Source: Thermodesulfobacteriota bacterium
GTDB taxonomy: Bacteria; Desulfobacterota; Binatia; Bin18
NCBI GenBank assembly: GCA_964291405.2
Contig: OZ219926.1
Location: 2,400,001-2,464,000 of the forward strand
Length of the DNA stretch: 64,000 bases
Direction of reading: 5' to 3'
Under the pieces are notes generated by a model. The model made no database searches, had not been told where the DNA came from, and worked only from the letters and a program-made list of their open reading frames with translations. This document shows positions 10,411 to 20,136 of the stretch, one piece after another. How positions within the stretch are numbered: position 1 is the first letter of the stretch; each line of letters begins with the position of its first letter. Made by a program: the position numbers and the translations under genes.

Positions 10411-10573
10411 TGTTTGCTTCCCTCGTATGCCATCAATATGGGGAGTTGTATCGGTTCCGGGAGGGGGGGACAATTGGGGAGGGTATTCGAGCTATCTAGG
10501 GGCTACTCAGCCATCTATTTTTGTTGACAAGCATTGGGAATCTTTTCAGCATAGAGAAATGGGCAATGACACG

Positions 10574-12037
10574 ATGAGTGAAAAAGACGGGAAAGAACCG
10601 GAATTGGTTCGTGACAACGGTAATGTGTCTCTCAATGACCTGCAAGCCGCCGACCAGACTGATCTTATCCGTATGGTGGTAACTGTCATTGAAAACGGGG
10701 ATATCCCCGAAGCACTACGCCTAAACACCTTCTTGGGGATAGCGCAGGAACCTGCCTATCGCGCTCTCCTATTAACCTGCATCAAAGAGAGTCAGTGGTG
10801 GAGAGACCCTACCGATGGATATGGTCCGTATGGAAGCTTCGATGAGTGTGCCAAGGAGGTCGCGGGCCTCAGTCCCTCCTCCTATGGCGATCTCATCCGC
10901 ACCTGGCAATGGTGGCGGGACAAACATAAAACTGCTGAGGAATGGATGCGCCACTGTCTATTGATTCGCTGGACTGCGTGCCGAGAGATACGGTTCGCCG
11001 ATATCCCGCCTGACAAGATTGCTGCCGTGGTGGAGGGTATTTCGCAAAAGGGCCTAAAAACAAAGGAGCTGCCCGAGTACCTTCGGCGATATAATCCGAA
11101 CTATCGCTCGAACCGGGAGCAGAAGACAAATTCAATACAGAAAGGACCAAAACCCAAACAAAAGGAAACATCATCTCCAGATAGATCATATTCTATAGAC
11201 GATATCCTGCGTGACGGCTGCTTTCTTGAGCGAACCAAACTGGAAAAAATTCTCGAACGCCTCTACGACAAGAAAAATCTAATCCTTCAAGGGCCACCCG
11301 GCACCGGGAAAACTTGGTTGGCCAAACGCCTTGCCTTTGCGCTTATAGGACAGCGAGATGACAGCCGGGTACGAGCCGTGCAGTTTCACCCAAACCTGTC
11401 ATATGAAGACTTCGTGCGTGGATACCGGCCTACGAGAGACGGCAAACTCAGTTTGGCTGATGGTCCATTTCTTGAGGTAGTGAATACGGCCAAAGACTCC
11501 TCTGCCTCCTATGTCGTCGTCATTGAAGAAATCAATCGTGGAAATCCAGCCCAGATTTTTGGCGAGATGTTGACCCTTCTGGAAGCTGACAAACGAACTC
11601 AGGCAGAAGCACTGGAGTTGAGCTATCGACGGACAGACGGCGAGCGTGTCTATATTCCCGATAATGTGTACGTGATTGGCACCATGAACGTTGCAGACCG
11701 TTCACTTGCTCTGGTTGATCTGGCGCTACGGCGACGTTTCGCGTTTATAGACCTGGAACCTGTCTTTGGAAAACCTTGGCGCGACTGGGTGCACAACCGA
11801 TGCTGTGTTGATCTGGACATCCTTACTGACATCGAAAAGCGAATCCAATCATTAAACGATGAGATATCCGCTGATACCAGCCTTGGTTCTCAATTTCGCA
11901 TTGGACACAGCTATGTCACCCCTCCGTCTGGAACATCTATTGACGATGGCCGGAACTGGTTTCGACAGGTAGTGGCAACAGAGATCGGGCCCCTGCTTGA
12001 TGAGTATTGGTTTGAGGCACCCGACAAAGCTAGGTAG
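10574..12037 (+). CDS. mcrB: McrB-family AAA+ GTPase with a non-canonical N-terminal domain
   Basis: GPPGTGKT, VQFHPNLSYEDFV, IEEINRGN, GTMNVADRS (McrB NxxD motif), ALRRRF and IGHSY. Start uncertain (10559 or 10574). Confidence 0.9.
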   Translation: MSEKDGKEPELVRDNGNVSLNDLQAADQTDLIRMVVTVIENGDIPEALRLNTFLGIAQEPAYRALLLTCIKESQWWRDPTDGYGPYGSFDECAKEVAGLSPSSYGDLIRTWQWWRDKHKTAEEWMRHCLLIRWTACREIRFADIPPDKIAAVVEGISQKGLKTKELPEYLRRYNPNYRSNREQKTNSIQKGPKPKQKETSSPDRSYSIDDILRDGCFLERTKLEKILERLYDKKNLILQGPPGTGKTWLAKRLAFALIGQRDDSRVRAVQFHPNLSYEDFVRGYRPTRDGKLSLADGPFLEVVNTAKDSSASYVVVIEEINRGNPAQIFGEMLTLLEADKRTQAEALELSYRRTDGERVYIPDNVYVIGTMNVADRSLALVDLALRRRFAFIDLEPVFGKPWRDWVHNRCCVDLDILTDIEKRIQSLNDEISADTSLGSQFRIGHSYVTPPSGTSIDDGRNWFRQVVATEIGPLLDEYWFEAPDKAR

Positions 12038-12066
12038 GCCAGACAGCGCTTACTCGAAGGATTCTA

Positions 12067-13179
12067 GTGGCGACACCGATAGCAGCGGATACTGGTCAGG
12101 TTGGCCGGATTCCGGTGCGGAATCTCTGGCTATTGATGCTGTATGCGTCCAGTCTTTTTCGGTCTAGAGATCGCGAGAAAATCACGATTGAAGAGAATCC
12201 AGATGATATCCCCGATCTCGTGGCCGAAATCCTGACATTCCTGGTTGAGCGCCGTCTGAGGCGCAATCTGAGCTTCGGATACCAGCCTAAAGACGCGATC
12301 CTTGGCCGAGTTCGGGGACGCATAAACCTGTTGTATACGGAACGGCATCAGCTCTTGGACCGGGGCAGAGTTTCCTGTCGATTTGAGGAATTTCTCGTTG
12401 ATACTCCACGCAATCGCTACGTTCGTGCGGCGCTAGAAAAGATTGCAAAAATCGTTCGGCGTACCAACCTTGCTGACCGATGTAGTACTCTTGCCACGCG
12501 CTTGAGGCGAATGGGCGTCAGCGGAGAGAAACCCGACCGAAGTGAGATATCCGCTGACCAGTTTGGCCGTCACAATACCGACGATCGACAAATGGTGGCC
12601 GCAGCCCAGCTTGCTTTCGAATTGGCACTGCCCACTGAAGAGGCTGGCCAGCAGTCTCTTTTCATGCCAGATAGGGAAGAGAAGTGGGTGAGGCGTCTGT
12701 TCGAGAAGGCGGTCTCGAGCTTTTATGACGTTGTGCTGTCCGGCTCGGGCTGGCGGGTCCATCCTGGAAAGAGACTTCAGTGGCCTCAAGGTCACAAAAC
12801 CGCCGGAATCGACGACATATTGCCATCCATGCAGACCGACATTGTTTTGGATCACGTTTCCACGAGGAGTCGCATCGTCATCGACACAAAATTCACTGCT
12901 ATTGTTACTCAGGGACGGTACAGAAAAGAGGCTTTACGCAGCGGGTATCTTTATCAGATGTATGCGTATCTGAGGTCCCAGGAGGACAATGGAGACCCGC
13001 TGGCAGCCAGTGCAGCCGGCCTTCTGTTACATCCAGCAATTGGTGAGATGGTGGATGAGTCGGTGGTGATTCAAGGCCATAAAATACGGTTCGCAACCGT
13101 GGATCTTGGAGCCGAAGCAGGGGAAATACGAAGACAACTGCTGCAAGTGGTGGGGCTTTCCACGGCGTCTTATACTTGA
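12067..13179 (+). CDS. mcrC: McrC restriction endonuclease subunit
   Basis: IPVRNLWLLMLYA N-terminus, LFEKAV, and a PD-(D/E)xK core (MQTDIVL...IDTKF...LYQMYAY), directly downstream of mcrB. Confidence 0.9.
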   Translation: MATPIAADTGQVGRIPVRNLWLLMLYASSLFRSRDREKITIEENPDDIPDLVAEILTFLVERRLRRNLSFGYQPKDAILGRVRGRINLLYTERHQLLDRGRVSCRFEEFLVDTPRNRYVRAALEKIAKIVRRTNLADRCSTLATRLRRMGVSGEKPDRSEISADQFGRHNTDDRQMVAAAQLAFELALPTEEAGQQSLFMPDREEKWVRRLFEKAVSSFYDVVLSGSGWRVHPGKRLQWPQGHKTAGIDDILPSMQTDIVLDHVSTRSRIVIDTKFTAIVTQGRYRKEALRSGYLYQMYAYLRSQEDNGDPLAASAAGLLLHPAIGEMVDESVVIQGHKIRFATVDLGAEAGEIRRQLLQVVGLSTASYT

Positions 13180-13226
13180 TCGTGTCCAAGTCGATTTACC
13201 TGCTCAGATGTGCTACGTTTCGTGCT

Positions 13227-13475
13227 ATGGAACGTTTGAATCTGACACTGAATGATGAGACTTATCGGGAGCTTCAACGACACGCGAAACGAGTCGGAAA
13301 ACCCTGTGCGCGTCTTGCTCGCGAGATATTATCAGAAGGATTGTTGCAGCGGGCAGCCCAGGAGCAACGCGAGCGACTTGCACAGGATTATGCCGCCGGA
13401 CGAGCCGACACCCGTGAAGTGTTAGAGGACTGGGAGGGGGCTCAGGCCGAGTTGTTGACTGATGCCGATGCCTGA
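13227..13475 (+). CDS. Ribbon-helix-helix (CopG-like) antitoxin
   Basis: MERLNLTLNDETYRELQRHAKRVG RHH pattern with an acidic tail; overlaps the toxin start. Confidence 0.75.
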   Translation: MERLNLTLNDETYRELQRHAKRVGKPCARLAREILSEGLLQRAAQEQRERLAQDYAAGRADTREVLEDWEGAQAELLTDADA

Positions 13476-13854
13476 GGATATGGGCTTCCACAGAGGCGAT
13501 ATTGTCTGGATTCAGTGTGATCCATCCGTAGGTGTGGAACCACAAAAGGTCCGAACGTGTGTCATCGTCTCAAATGACATTGCCAATCAGTACGGACAGG
13601 CGGTCACGGTCGTTCCGACTCAGGCATACACCGCAGCACGCGCACGGCGTGCCTATATGGTGGACCTGCGTAAGCCTCGATCGAATCTTACAGAAGCGCG
13701 TGTGGCAAATGCCTCGATGATTATGACATACGACCAGCGGAGGATCATCAGGCAGGCGGGACGCGTTTCAGAGCAGACGCAGGAGAAGCTTGACCGAGCA
13801 CTCGGGCTCCATCTCGGTTTAGCGCCCATCACACTCAAACGGAAGCCATCCTAA
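13462..13854 (+). CDS. mazF: PemK/MazF family toxin
   Basis: RGDIVWIQCDPSVGVEPQKVRTCVIVSND...TVVP motif. Confidence 0.9.
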   Translation: MPMPEDMGFHRGDIVWIQCDPSVGVEPQKVRTCVIVSNDIANQYGQAVTVVPTQAYTAARARRAYMVDLRKPRSNLTEARVANASMIMTYDQRRIIRQAGRVSEQTQEKLDRALGLHLGLAPITLKRKPS

Positions 13855-13874
13855 CTGTACACCGGAACGAACTG

Positions 13875-13906
13875 AGGGGGGCGAGGGTTCGAGACCCTCC
13901 TTTTTT
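13875..13906 (+). terminator. Probable intrinsic terminator after mazF
   Basis: GAGGG-TTCGAGA-CCCTC hairpin, extendable by G-U pairs, followed by T6. Confidence 0.5.
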
Positions 13907-13929
13907 AATGCCAGGATAGAGGTCTCGCC

Positions 13930-15453
13930 ATGCTGACACGAAGACGCTTTCTGACCGTTGCCACCCAGGCCGGTGCCGGTCTGGTGATAGCCCCGGCCAT
14001 ATTCCCCCGGCAACATAGCGCTCATGCTTCTGTGCTGGTCAACGATATCCACTCGCAACTGAACCCTACCTATGTAAGCGAGGTAGTAAGGCCAGACAGC
14101 CTGGCTGGCCTCCAGACTGCCGTGCAGCGGGGCGTCCAGACAGACAGGACCATCAGTATTGCGGGTGGGAGGCATGCCATGGGGGGTCAACAGTTCGGGG
14201 CCGATACCCTGCTGCTCGACACCCGCTCGATGAATCGGGTTCTCGCCTTCGACAGCGCGCGTGGATTGGTCGAGGTCGAGGCGGGTATACAGTGGCCGGA
14301 GCTGATCGACCATTTGATCAAAATACAGACAGGAGAAACGCAGCAGTGGGGAATTATCCAGAAGCAGACCGGTGCGGACCGGCTCTGTCTGGGCGGGGCG
14401 CTGGGCGCCAACGTTCACGGCCGCGGCCTGACGTTCAAACCGATCATCAACGATGTTGAATCCTTCCGGCTCGTGAATGCAAATGGAGAGGTAAAAGTGT
14501 GTAGCCGCTCTGAAAACAGTGAGCTGTTCGCGCTTGCGATAGGGGGATATGGACTCTTTGGCGCAATCGCAAGTGTCACCCTGCGCTTGATGCCTCGCCA
14601 GAAGCTTCGACGGGTAGTCGAGATCATCGATATAGACAAGCTTGTCCCTGCCTTTGAGCAACGTATCGCAGATGGATATCTCTATGGCGATTGTCAGTTC
14701 TCCATTGACCCGGAATCCGACGGATTTCTGAAGAAAGGCGTATTTTCTTGCTATCAGCCGGTTGCGATGTCCACCCCAATTGCTTCCGAGCAGAAGCGCT
14801 TAGAGCCGGACAACTGGCGCGAACTCAATTTCCTGGCGCATACGGACCCGAGTCGTGCGTTTGACATGTATTCGTCGTACTATCTTTCTACCAGTGGCCA
14901 GCTCTATTGGTCCGACACCCATCAGCTCAGTACATATCTTGACGACTACCACAAAGTGGTTGACCGACGGACCGGCGCGCACTGGCCTGGGACTGAGATG
15001 ATCACCGAGGTGTATGTTCCCCGGCCAGCACTGGCCACCTTCCTCGCTACCCTCGCTTCTGACTTTCGCCGTGACAAGGCCAAGGTCATCTATGGCACAA
15101 TCCGTCTCATTGAAAGGGACGAGGAGGCTTTCCTCCCTTGGGCGAAGGAGTCCTACGCCTGCATCGTGATGAACCTTCATGTGTCCCACAGTCCCCAAGG
15201 GATTGTGAAAGCAACGAACGACTTTCGGCGAATTATAGAGAGGGCCATTGAACAGGGAGGGAGCTACTTCCTGACCTACCACCGTTGGGCCACGCGCGGG
15301 CAACTAGACACCTGCTATCCGCAGTTTGCAGCGTTTCTGAAACTCAAGCGGCAGTACGACCCGAATGAGGTCTTTCAGAGCGACTGGTATCGCCATTACC
15401 GGCGCATGTTTGCCGACGTGGCATCCGGCGTTCCCTCACTCACACCCACTTAA
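13930..15453 (+). CDS. Tat-exported FAD-binding oxidoreductase (FAD_binding_4, ALO/DprE1-like)
   Basis: TRRRFL Tat motif; AGGRHAMGGQ and IGGYGLFG motifs; C-terminal YDPNEVF. Confidence 0.85.
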   Translation: MLTRRRFLTVATQAGAGLVIAPAIFPRQHSAHASVLVNDIHSQLNPTYVSEVVRPDSLAGLQTAVQRGVQTDRTISIAGGRHAMGGQQFGADTLLLDTRSMNRVLAFDSARGLVEVEAGIQWPELIDHLIKIQTGETQQWGIIQKQTGADRLCLGGALGANVHGRGLTFKPIINDVESFRLVNANGEVKVCSRSENSELFALAIGGYGLFGAIASVTLRLMPRQKLRRVVEIIDIDKLVPAFEQRIADGYLYGDCQFSIDPESDGFLKKGVFSCYQPVAMSTPIASEQKRLEPDNWRELNFLAHTDPSRAFDMYSSYYLSTSGQLYWSDTHQLSTYLDDYHKVVDRRTGAHWPGTEMITEVYVPRPALATFLATLASDFRRDKAKVIYGTIRLIERDEEAFLPWAKESYACIVMNLHVSHSPQGIVKATNDFRRIIERAIEQGGSYFLTYHRWATRGQLDTCYPQFAAFLKLKRQYDPNEVFQSDWYRHYRRMFADVASGVPSLTPT

Positions 15454-15844
15454 AAATCCGGGCGGCCTTGAGCGTATCCGCGTACTCTTCGATCCTGGCG
15501 ATTTTGCCGTCGCGACACTGATACACCCAGCAGTATTCGTTATCGTACTGCTCGCCGTCTTTGGACTTGGCGGAGATGGCGTGCTGGACCACCGCGGTGT
15601 CGCCATCGGCCAGGATGCGGTGGATGGTCAGGCGGAAGGTCTTCATATCGAACAGTTTCTTGGGTGTGTCGCCGCCCAGTTCGGCGGCCACCGCCTCCGG
15701 GCCTTCAATGACCCCAATCGGCGTGCTCTGGGGCGGATACCAGACAATGTCTTCGGTAAACAGCGACGCCAGCTTTTTCCGATCTCCGGTCGGCAGGGTT
15801 TCGTAATAGGTTTTGATTAAGGCCCGGGTTTCTTCTGTTTGCAT
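15440..15844 (-). CDS. SnoaL/NTF2-like protein
   Basis: LFTEDIVW...ADGDTAVV...YDNEYCWVY...DGKIARIEEYAD pattern. GGAGG SD. Confidence 0.85.
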   Translation of the reverse strand: MQTEETRALIKTYYETLPTGDRKKLASLFTEDIVWYPPQSTPIGVIEGPEAVAAELGGDTPKKLFDMKTFRLTIHRILADGDTAVVQHAISAKSKDGEQYDNEYCWVYQCRDGKIARIEEYADTLKAARIFKWV

Positions 15845-15998
15845 GGGTTCGTCCTCCTCAGGATACGTTTCTCTTCCGCTGCCAACTTGTTTGCGTCCTC
15901 ATGGTCGGCTACTGTCCGAAACATTCTTCTACGAGTGTCGGATTTTTGACCCGCTCTCGACATTGAATAGGCGAAGACCATAATATAGGCGCAACCGT

Positions 15999-17120
15999 AT
16001 GGCGCAATACGTAGGCATTTTAACCAGCGGTGGAGATTGTCCTGGACTCAACGCGGCAATTCGCGCGGTCGGCAAGGCATGTTTGGAGGCCTATGATATC
16101 CGGATCATCGGCTTTCAAAACGGCTTCCGCGGACTGGTACAGAATCAAACCCTGGAGTTAGACAGAAGGGCACTCTCGGGTATTCTGACTGACGGCGGCA
16201 CCATTCTCGGCACTAGTCGGGATAAGCCGCATCGGATGTCCATTGGGGGCAGAGTCCACGACATGACGGATGCCATCGTTGATACCTACCGGCGGCATCA
16301 TTTGGACGCGCTGGTCTGTCTGGGCGGGGGCGGCACCCAGAAAAACGCCCTCCGTCTCAAAAAAGCCGGGCTGAATATCATTACTCTGCCAAAAACGATT
16401 GACAACGATATTGCCAAGACCGATGTCACGTTCGGATTTAATACCGCGGTGGGCACCGCGACCGAAGCCATAGACCGACTGCATTCAACCGCGACCAGCC
16501 ACGATCGGATTATCGTGGTCGAAGTGATGGGCCACAGAGCGGGTTGGTTGGCTCTTCAAGCCGGGACGGCCGGCGGGGCGGATGTCATTCTTATCCCGGA
16601 AATTCCCTATCACCTTGAGCGGGTTGCTCAGACGATCCGGGAACGGACCAGACAGGGCAAGCACTTTAGCATTGTCGTGGTCGCGGAAGGCGCGCTGTCT
16701 ATCAGTGATGCCGAAAAGGTCGAGGAGCTTGTGCACCAAAAAAGGGAGGCCAAAGACAGAGAAGAAAAGGAAAAGGCCTCGGTCAAACTGGACAAATTCC
16801 ACAGGGAACATGTCGGCCATACGATTCATCTTACCCAGGAGTTGGAGCGCCTGACGGGCCAGGAGTCGCGCCTGACCATTCTTGGTCATCTGCAACGTGG
16901 TGGGACACCCTCAGCCACGGACCGTGTTCTTGCCACCTGGCTGGGCACGCGCTGCGCGCAATTACTACGCGAAGGGCGCGACGGCTTTATGCTGGCCGTG
17001 CAGGACCAGGAGCTCCGGCCCGTGCCTTTGGAAGAGGTCGCGGGGAAAAAGAAACTGGTCTCCCCGGACCATCCCCTCGTTGAAGCGGCGCGTCTGGTCG
17101 GGACCAGTTTTGGCGACTAA
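15999..17120 (+). CDS. pfkA: 6-phosphofructokinase
   Basis: [31 protein letters not shown] and LGHLQRGG motifs. Confidence 0.95.
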   Translation: MAQYVGILTSGGDCPGLNAAIRAVGKACLEAYDIRIIGFQNGFRGLVQNQTLELDRRALSGILTDGGTILGTSRDKPHRMSIGGRVHDMTDAIVDTYRRHHLDALVCLGGGGTQKNALRLKKAGLNIITLPKTIDNDIAKTDVTFGFNTAVGTATEAIDRLHSTATSHDRIIVVEVMGHRAGWLALQAGTAGGADVILIPEIPYHLERVAQTIRERTRQGKHFSIVVVAEGALSISDAEKVEELVHQKREAKDREEKEKASVKLDKFHREHVGHTIHLTQELERLTGQESRLTILGHLQRGGTPSATDRVLATWLGTRCAQLLREGRDGFMLAVQDQELRPVPLEEVAGKKKLVSPDHPLVEAARLVGTSFGD

Positions 17121-17155
17121 TATGCTTCGGCCTGCCCACAACAGAGGGAGACACT

Positions 17156-18082
17156 ATGAAAACGGAAGAGATCCTCGCCCATAGTCCAAAGAGCCTCACC
17201 CAGGAGCAGCGTGAGTTTTATTTCGATCAGGGATATCTGCTGCTGGAGAAATTCATCTCTGATGAATGGCTGGATACACTCTGGGCCACGACTAACGAGT
17301 TCATTGAGCAGAGCCGGGTGGAAACCCCGTCCAAAAAAATCTTTGACGCTGAACCGAGTCATACCCCGAGCACTCCCCGCTTGCGGCGTCTCATTAGCCC
17401 GGTCGATACGCATCCGGTCTATCGCGAGTTTACGTTCGAGGGACCGCTGGCCGACCTCGCCCAAGACCTGCTTGGCCCGAACGTGAAATACCACCACTCA
17501 AAACTCAACTTCAAATGGTCGGATGGGGGCGAAGAGGTGAAGTGGCATCAGGACATTCAGTACTGGCCTCACACCAATTACTCACCTCTCACCATTGGCG
17601 TCTACCTGAGTGATGTGGACGAGGAGATGGGTCCGATGGGGGTGATTCCTGAAAGCCATAAGGGACCGCTGTTTGATCTGTACAACGAGAACAATGAGTG
17701 GACCGGCGCTCTCAACGATCAGGATGTGGCCCGTGTCGGCCCACACAATGCCGTGTGGCTGAAAGGCCCGAGAGGCTCTGTGACCGTCCATAACTGCCGC
17801 ATGATCCACGGGTCGATGCCCAACCACTCGCCGCGTATGCGCCCACTCCTCCTCCAGACGTACGCGGCGGCCGATGCCATTACGCTCACGAACCTGACAG
17901 ACCAGTTCCCGCACTCGAATCGCATTATCCGTGGCGAGGCCGCGAAGTGGGTCGACTTCGATCCGCGCCCGTGCCTCATGCCACCCGACTGGTCCGCAGG
18001 CTACCGCTCCATCTTTGCCGTGCAGCAGATGGAAGAGAATGCCGGCAGCCGGACGGTCGCTGGGAACGCGCGAATGATGTAA
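17156..18082 (+). CDS. Phytanoyl-CoA dioxygenase (PhyH) family 2OG-Fe(II) oxygenase
   Basis: WHQD...IPESHK...HGSMPN..R facial-triad pattern. Confidence 0.88.
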   Translation: MKTEEILAHSPKSLTQEQREFYFDQGYLLLEKFISDEWLDTLWATTNEFIEQSRVETPSKKIFDAEPSHTPSTPRLRRLISPVDTHPVYREFTFEGPLADLAQDLLGPNVKYHHSKLNFKWSDGGEEVKWHQDIQYWPHTNYSPLTIGVYLSDVDEEMGPMGVIPESHKGPLFDLYNENNEWTGALNDQDVARVGPHNAVWLKGPRGSVTVHNCRMIHGSMPNHSPRMRPLLLQTYAAADAITLTNLTDQFPHSNRIIRGEAAKWVDFDPRPCLMPPDWSAGYRSIFAVQQMEENAGSRTVAGNARMM

Positions 18083-18103
18083 GCAACGAGTCGAACAGTC
18101 TCT

Positions 18104-18235
18104 GAGCCGACCGTGGCCCCCTTCAGGAAAGACACCCAAACGACAGGCATGAGAGAGAAGTCAGGCAGCGGGTGAGACCTGTCGCCTATGAGCATCCTGG
18201 TCAGGCGTGAATTCCTGAACACACCTGGACGGCTC
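18104..18235 (-). other. Intergenic long imperfect stem-loop (possible ncRNA or MITE relic)
   Basis: Nested inverted segments GAGCCG/CGGCTC, TTCAGGAA/TTCCTGAA and CGACAGG/CCTGTCG; extra G-U pairing occurs only on the minus strand. Confidence 0.35.
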
Positions 18236-18255
18236 TTCCCTCAGAAGGAGAAGGT

Positions 18256-19134
18256 ATGAAATTCGGTATTGTCCCGATTAATCTGCGTGAATTCACCAAC
18301 CCGGCAATGGTGATTCCGTTTGTCCAAAGGGCGGAAGCGCTCGGCTATGAGTCCGTTTGGACCGCAGAGCATGTGATTATTCCCAAGCACTATGACTCGG
18401 TATATCCCTATAATCCGGACGGGAAACTGCCGTTCAAACCTGACGCGCCGATTATCGATCCTTTGGTTGCCCTGACCTTCATCGCCTCGGCCACCACGAC
18501 GCTCCGGCTGGGCACCGGTGTCAACATCCTGCCCCAGATGAGTCCGCTCTATCTGGCCAAATGGGCCTCGTCGATTGATCATCTGTCCCAGGGACGGTTG
18601 ATGCTCGGCCTGGGCGTAGGCTGGTTGTGTGAGGAGTTTGCCGCTATTGGCGTGCCATTTGAACGGCGGGGCAAACGGGCCAACGAATATCTCGAAGCCC
18701 TCAAAGCCGTCTGGACTGGTGAGGAGGTTGATTTCCGAGGCGAGTTTGTCAACTGGCAGGGTTTTACTATGCGCCCCAAACCCGCTCAGGCGGGTGGAGT
18801 GCCGCTAGTCATTGGGGGAGTGACGGTACCTGCCATCCGACGTACGGTCAAATATGGCGACGGCTGGTATGTGATTGGTAAAGACCTGGACGACTACCGG
18901 GCCCATATGCAGGCGCTGGCAGAAGAATGTGACCGGCAGGGCCGTGACAGACAGGAACTCGAAATCACCGCCTACTGGAATTACTACGGGGAGGGGCTGG
19001 ACAGTCTCGCGGTATACGAAGACCTCGGCGTGCACCGCCTCTTGGTCAATATGCACGCGCTGCGGGCCGGCGATGTCACCACCGCCATGGAGCGTTTTGC
19101 CGACGAGGTCGTGGCCAAACACGGCCAGTCTTAG
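18256..19134 (+). CDS. LLM class (probably F420-dependent) oxidoreductase
   Basis: AEALGYESVWTAEH, LRLGTGV and GRLMLGLGVGW motifs. Confidence 0.9.
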   Translation: MKFGIVPINLREFTNPAMVIPFVQRAEALGYESVWTAEHVIIPKHYDSVYPYNPDGKLPFKPDAPIIDPLVALTFIASATTTLRLGTGVNILPQMSPLYLAKWASSIDHLSQGRLMLGLGVGWLCEEFAAIGVPFERRGKRANEYLEALKAVWTGEEVDFRGEFVNWQGFTMRPKPAQAGGVPLVIGGVTVPAIRRTVKYGDGWYVIGKDLDDYRAHMQALAEECDRQGRDRQELEITAYWNYYGEGLDSLAVYEDLGVHRLLVNMHALRAGDVTTAMERFADEVVAKHGQS

Positions 19135-19173
19135 GCGAACCTGCGGCGCGGGAAGACGGGAAGGATACGGAAG

Positions 19174-20124
19174 ATGAGCCACGTCACGTTCGGGACAACC
19201 TTGGGAGGGTTCGGGGGGGGTCTGGTTTCCGGGCCGACGCTGTGCCAGTGGGCCGAGGAAATCGAACAGCTTGGCTATGACATCCTCTTCTACCGCGACC
19301 ATGTGCTGTGGCACAGCCCGGTGCTTGACCCGTTCACCATGCTGGGCGCGTTTGCGGCGCGGACAACGAAGATCAAACTTGGCACTGGGGTGCTGCTCCT
19401 CCCGCTCCGCAATCCGACCCTAGTCGCCAAAATGATAGGCACCCTGGACTGGCTGTCCGACGGGCGGTCCATTCTCGGCGTGGGTGTCGGGGGCGAGTTT
19501 CAAAAAGAATATGAGGCCTGCGGTATTTCGCTAAGGGAGCGCGGCCGACGTGCCACTGAAGGGCTACGCGTGATTAAGAAACTCTGGACCAATCCGTCAG
19601 CGACGTGTGACGGCCAGTTTCTGCAATTTGAGAGCGCCCGGATGACGCCGCGGCCGCTTCAGCAGCCACATCCCCCGATCTGGGTCGGAGGCCGGGTTGA
19701 CGCGGCGCTGAAACGGGCCGGGACGTATGGGGACGGCTGGTTTGCATATTTTGTGACACCGGAGCGTTTTCGTACCAGTCTGGACAAGGCGCTGGAGCAC
19801 TGGCACCAACGCGAGGCTTCCTCACGGACCACGTTTACCGGGGGCGTGGTCCTGTATTTCTGCATCGCGCCCACGTACGAAGCAGCGCGAGCGAATGCCA
19901 TGCGCACGCTGTCAACGGAATATAATCAGTCGTTTGACAGGATTATCGATAAATATAGCGCGCTCGGTCCGGCCTCGGAGTGCGCGGCCGCGATTCAACG
20001 CTATATTGACGCCGGGGCACAGAATATGACGCTGCTGCCGGCGGTTCCCGCCGCCGCGACCATGGACCAACTCCGACACCTAGCGACAGACGTATTGCCG
20101 CACCTCAGGCAAAGCGGAGCGTAG
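19174..20124 (+). CDS. LLM class flavin-dependent oxidoreductase
   Basis: DHV...DPF, IKLGTGVLLLPLRNP and PHPPIWVGG motifs. Confidence 0.9.
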   Translation: MSHVTFGTTLGGFGGGLVSGPTLCQWAEEIEQLGYDILFYRDHVLWHSPVLDPFTMLGAFAARTTKIKLGTGVLLLPLRNPTLVAKMIGTLDWLSDGRSILGVGVGGEFQKEYEACGISLRERGRRATEGLRVIKKLWTNPSATCDGQFLQFESARMTPRPLQQPHPPIWVGGRVDAALKRAGTYGDGWFAYFVTPERFRTSLDKALEHWHQREASSRTTFTGGVVLYFCIAPTYEAARANAMRTLSTEYNQSFDRIIDKYSALGPASECAAAIQRYIDAGAQNMTLLPAVPAAATMDQLRHLATDVLPHLRQSGA

Positions 20125-20136
20125 GAGAGGCGAGCC

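Noticed and set aside
10427-10573. Upstream extensions of ORF-track calls (mcrB 10427, SDR 8783, gspK 25298, urtD 35474, aminotransferase 44567, porin 31263)
   Set aside because: They overlap neighbouring genes, the tRNA or promoter regions. Downstream starts with SD sequences or family-typical N-termini fit better.
13883-13900. GAGGGTTCGAGACCCTCC resembles a tRNA T-arm (possible att remnant at the islet edge)
   Set aside because: No acceptor or anticodon arm, no matching copy at the other side of the islet and no integrase. The following T-run fits a terminator better.
16315-16345. PfkA GGGGT in place of the GGDGS motif
   Set aside because: All other catalytic motifs are intact; this is most likely a natural subfamily variant rather than inactivation.
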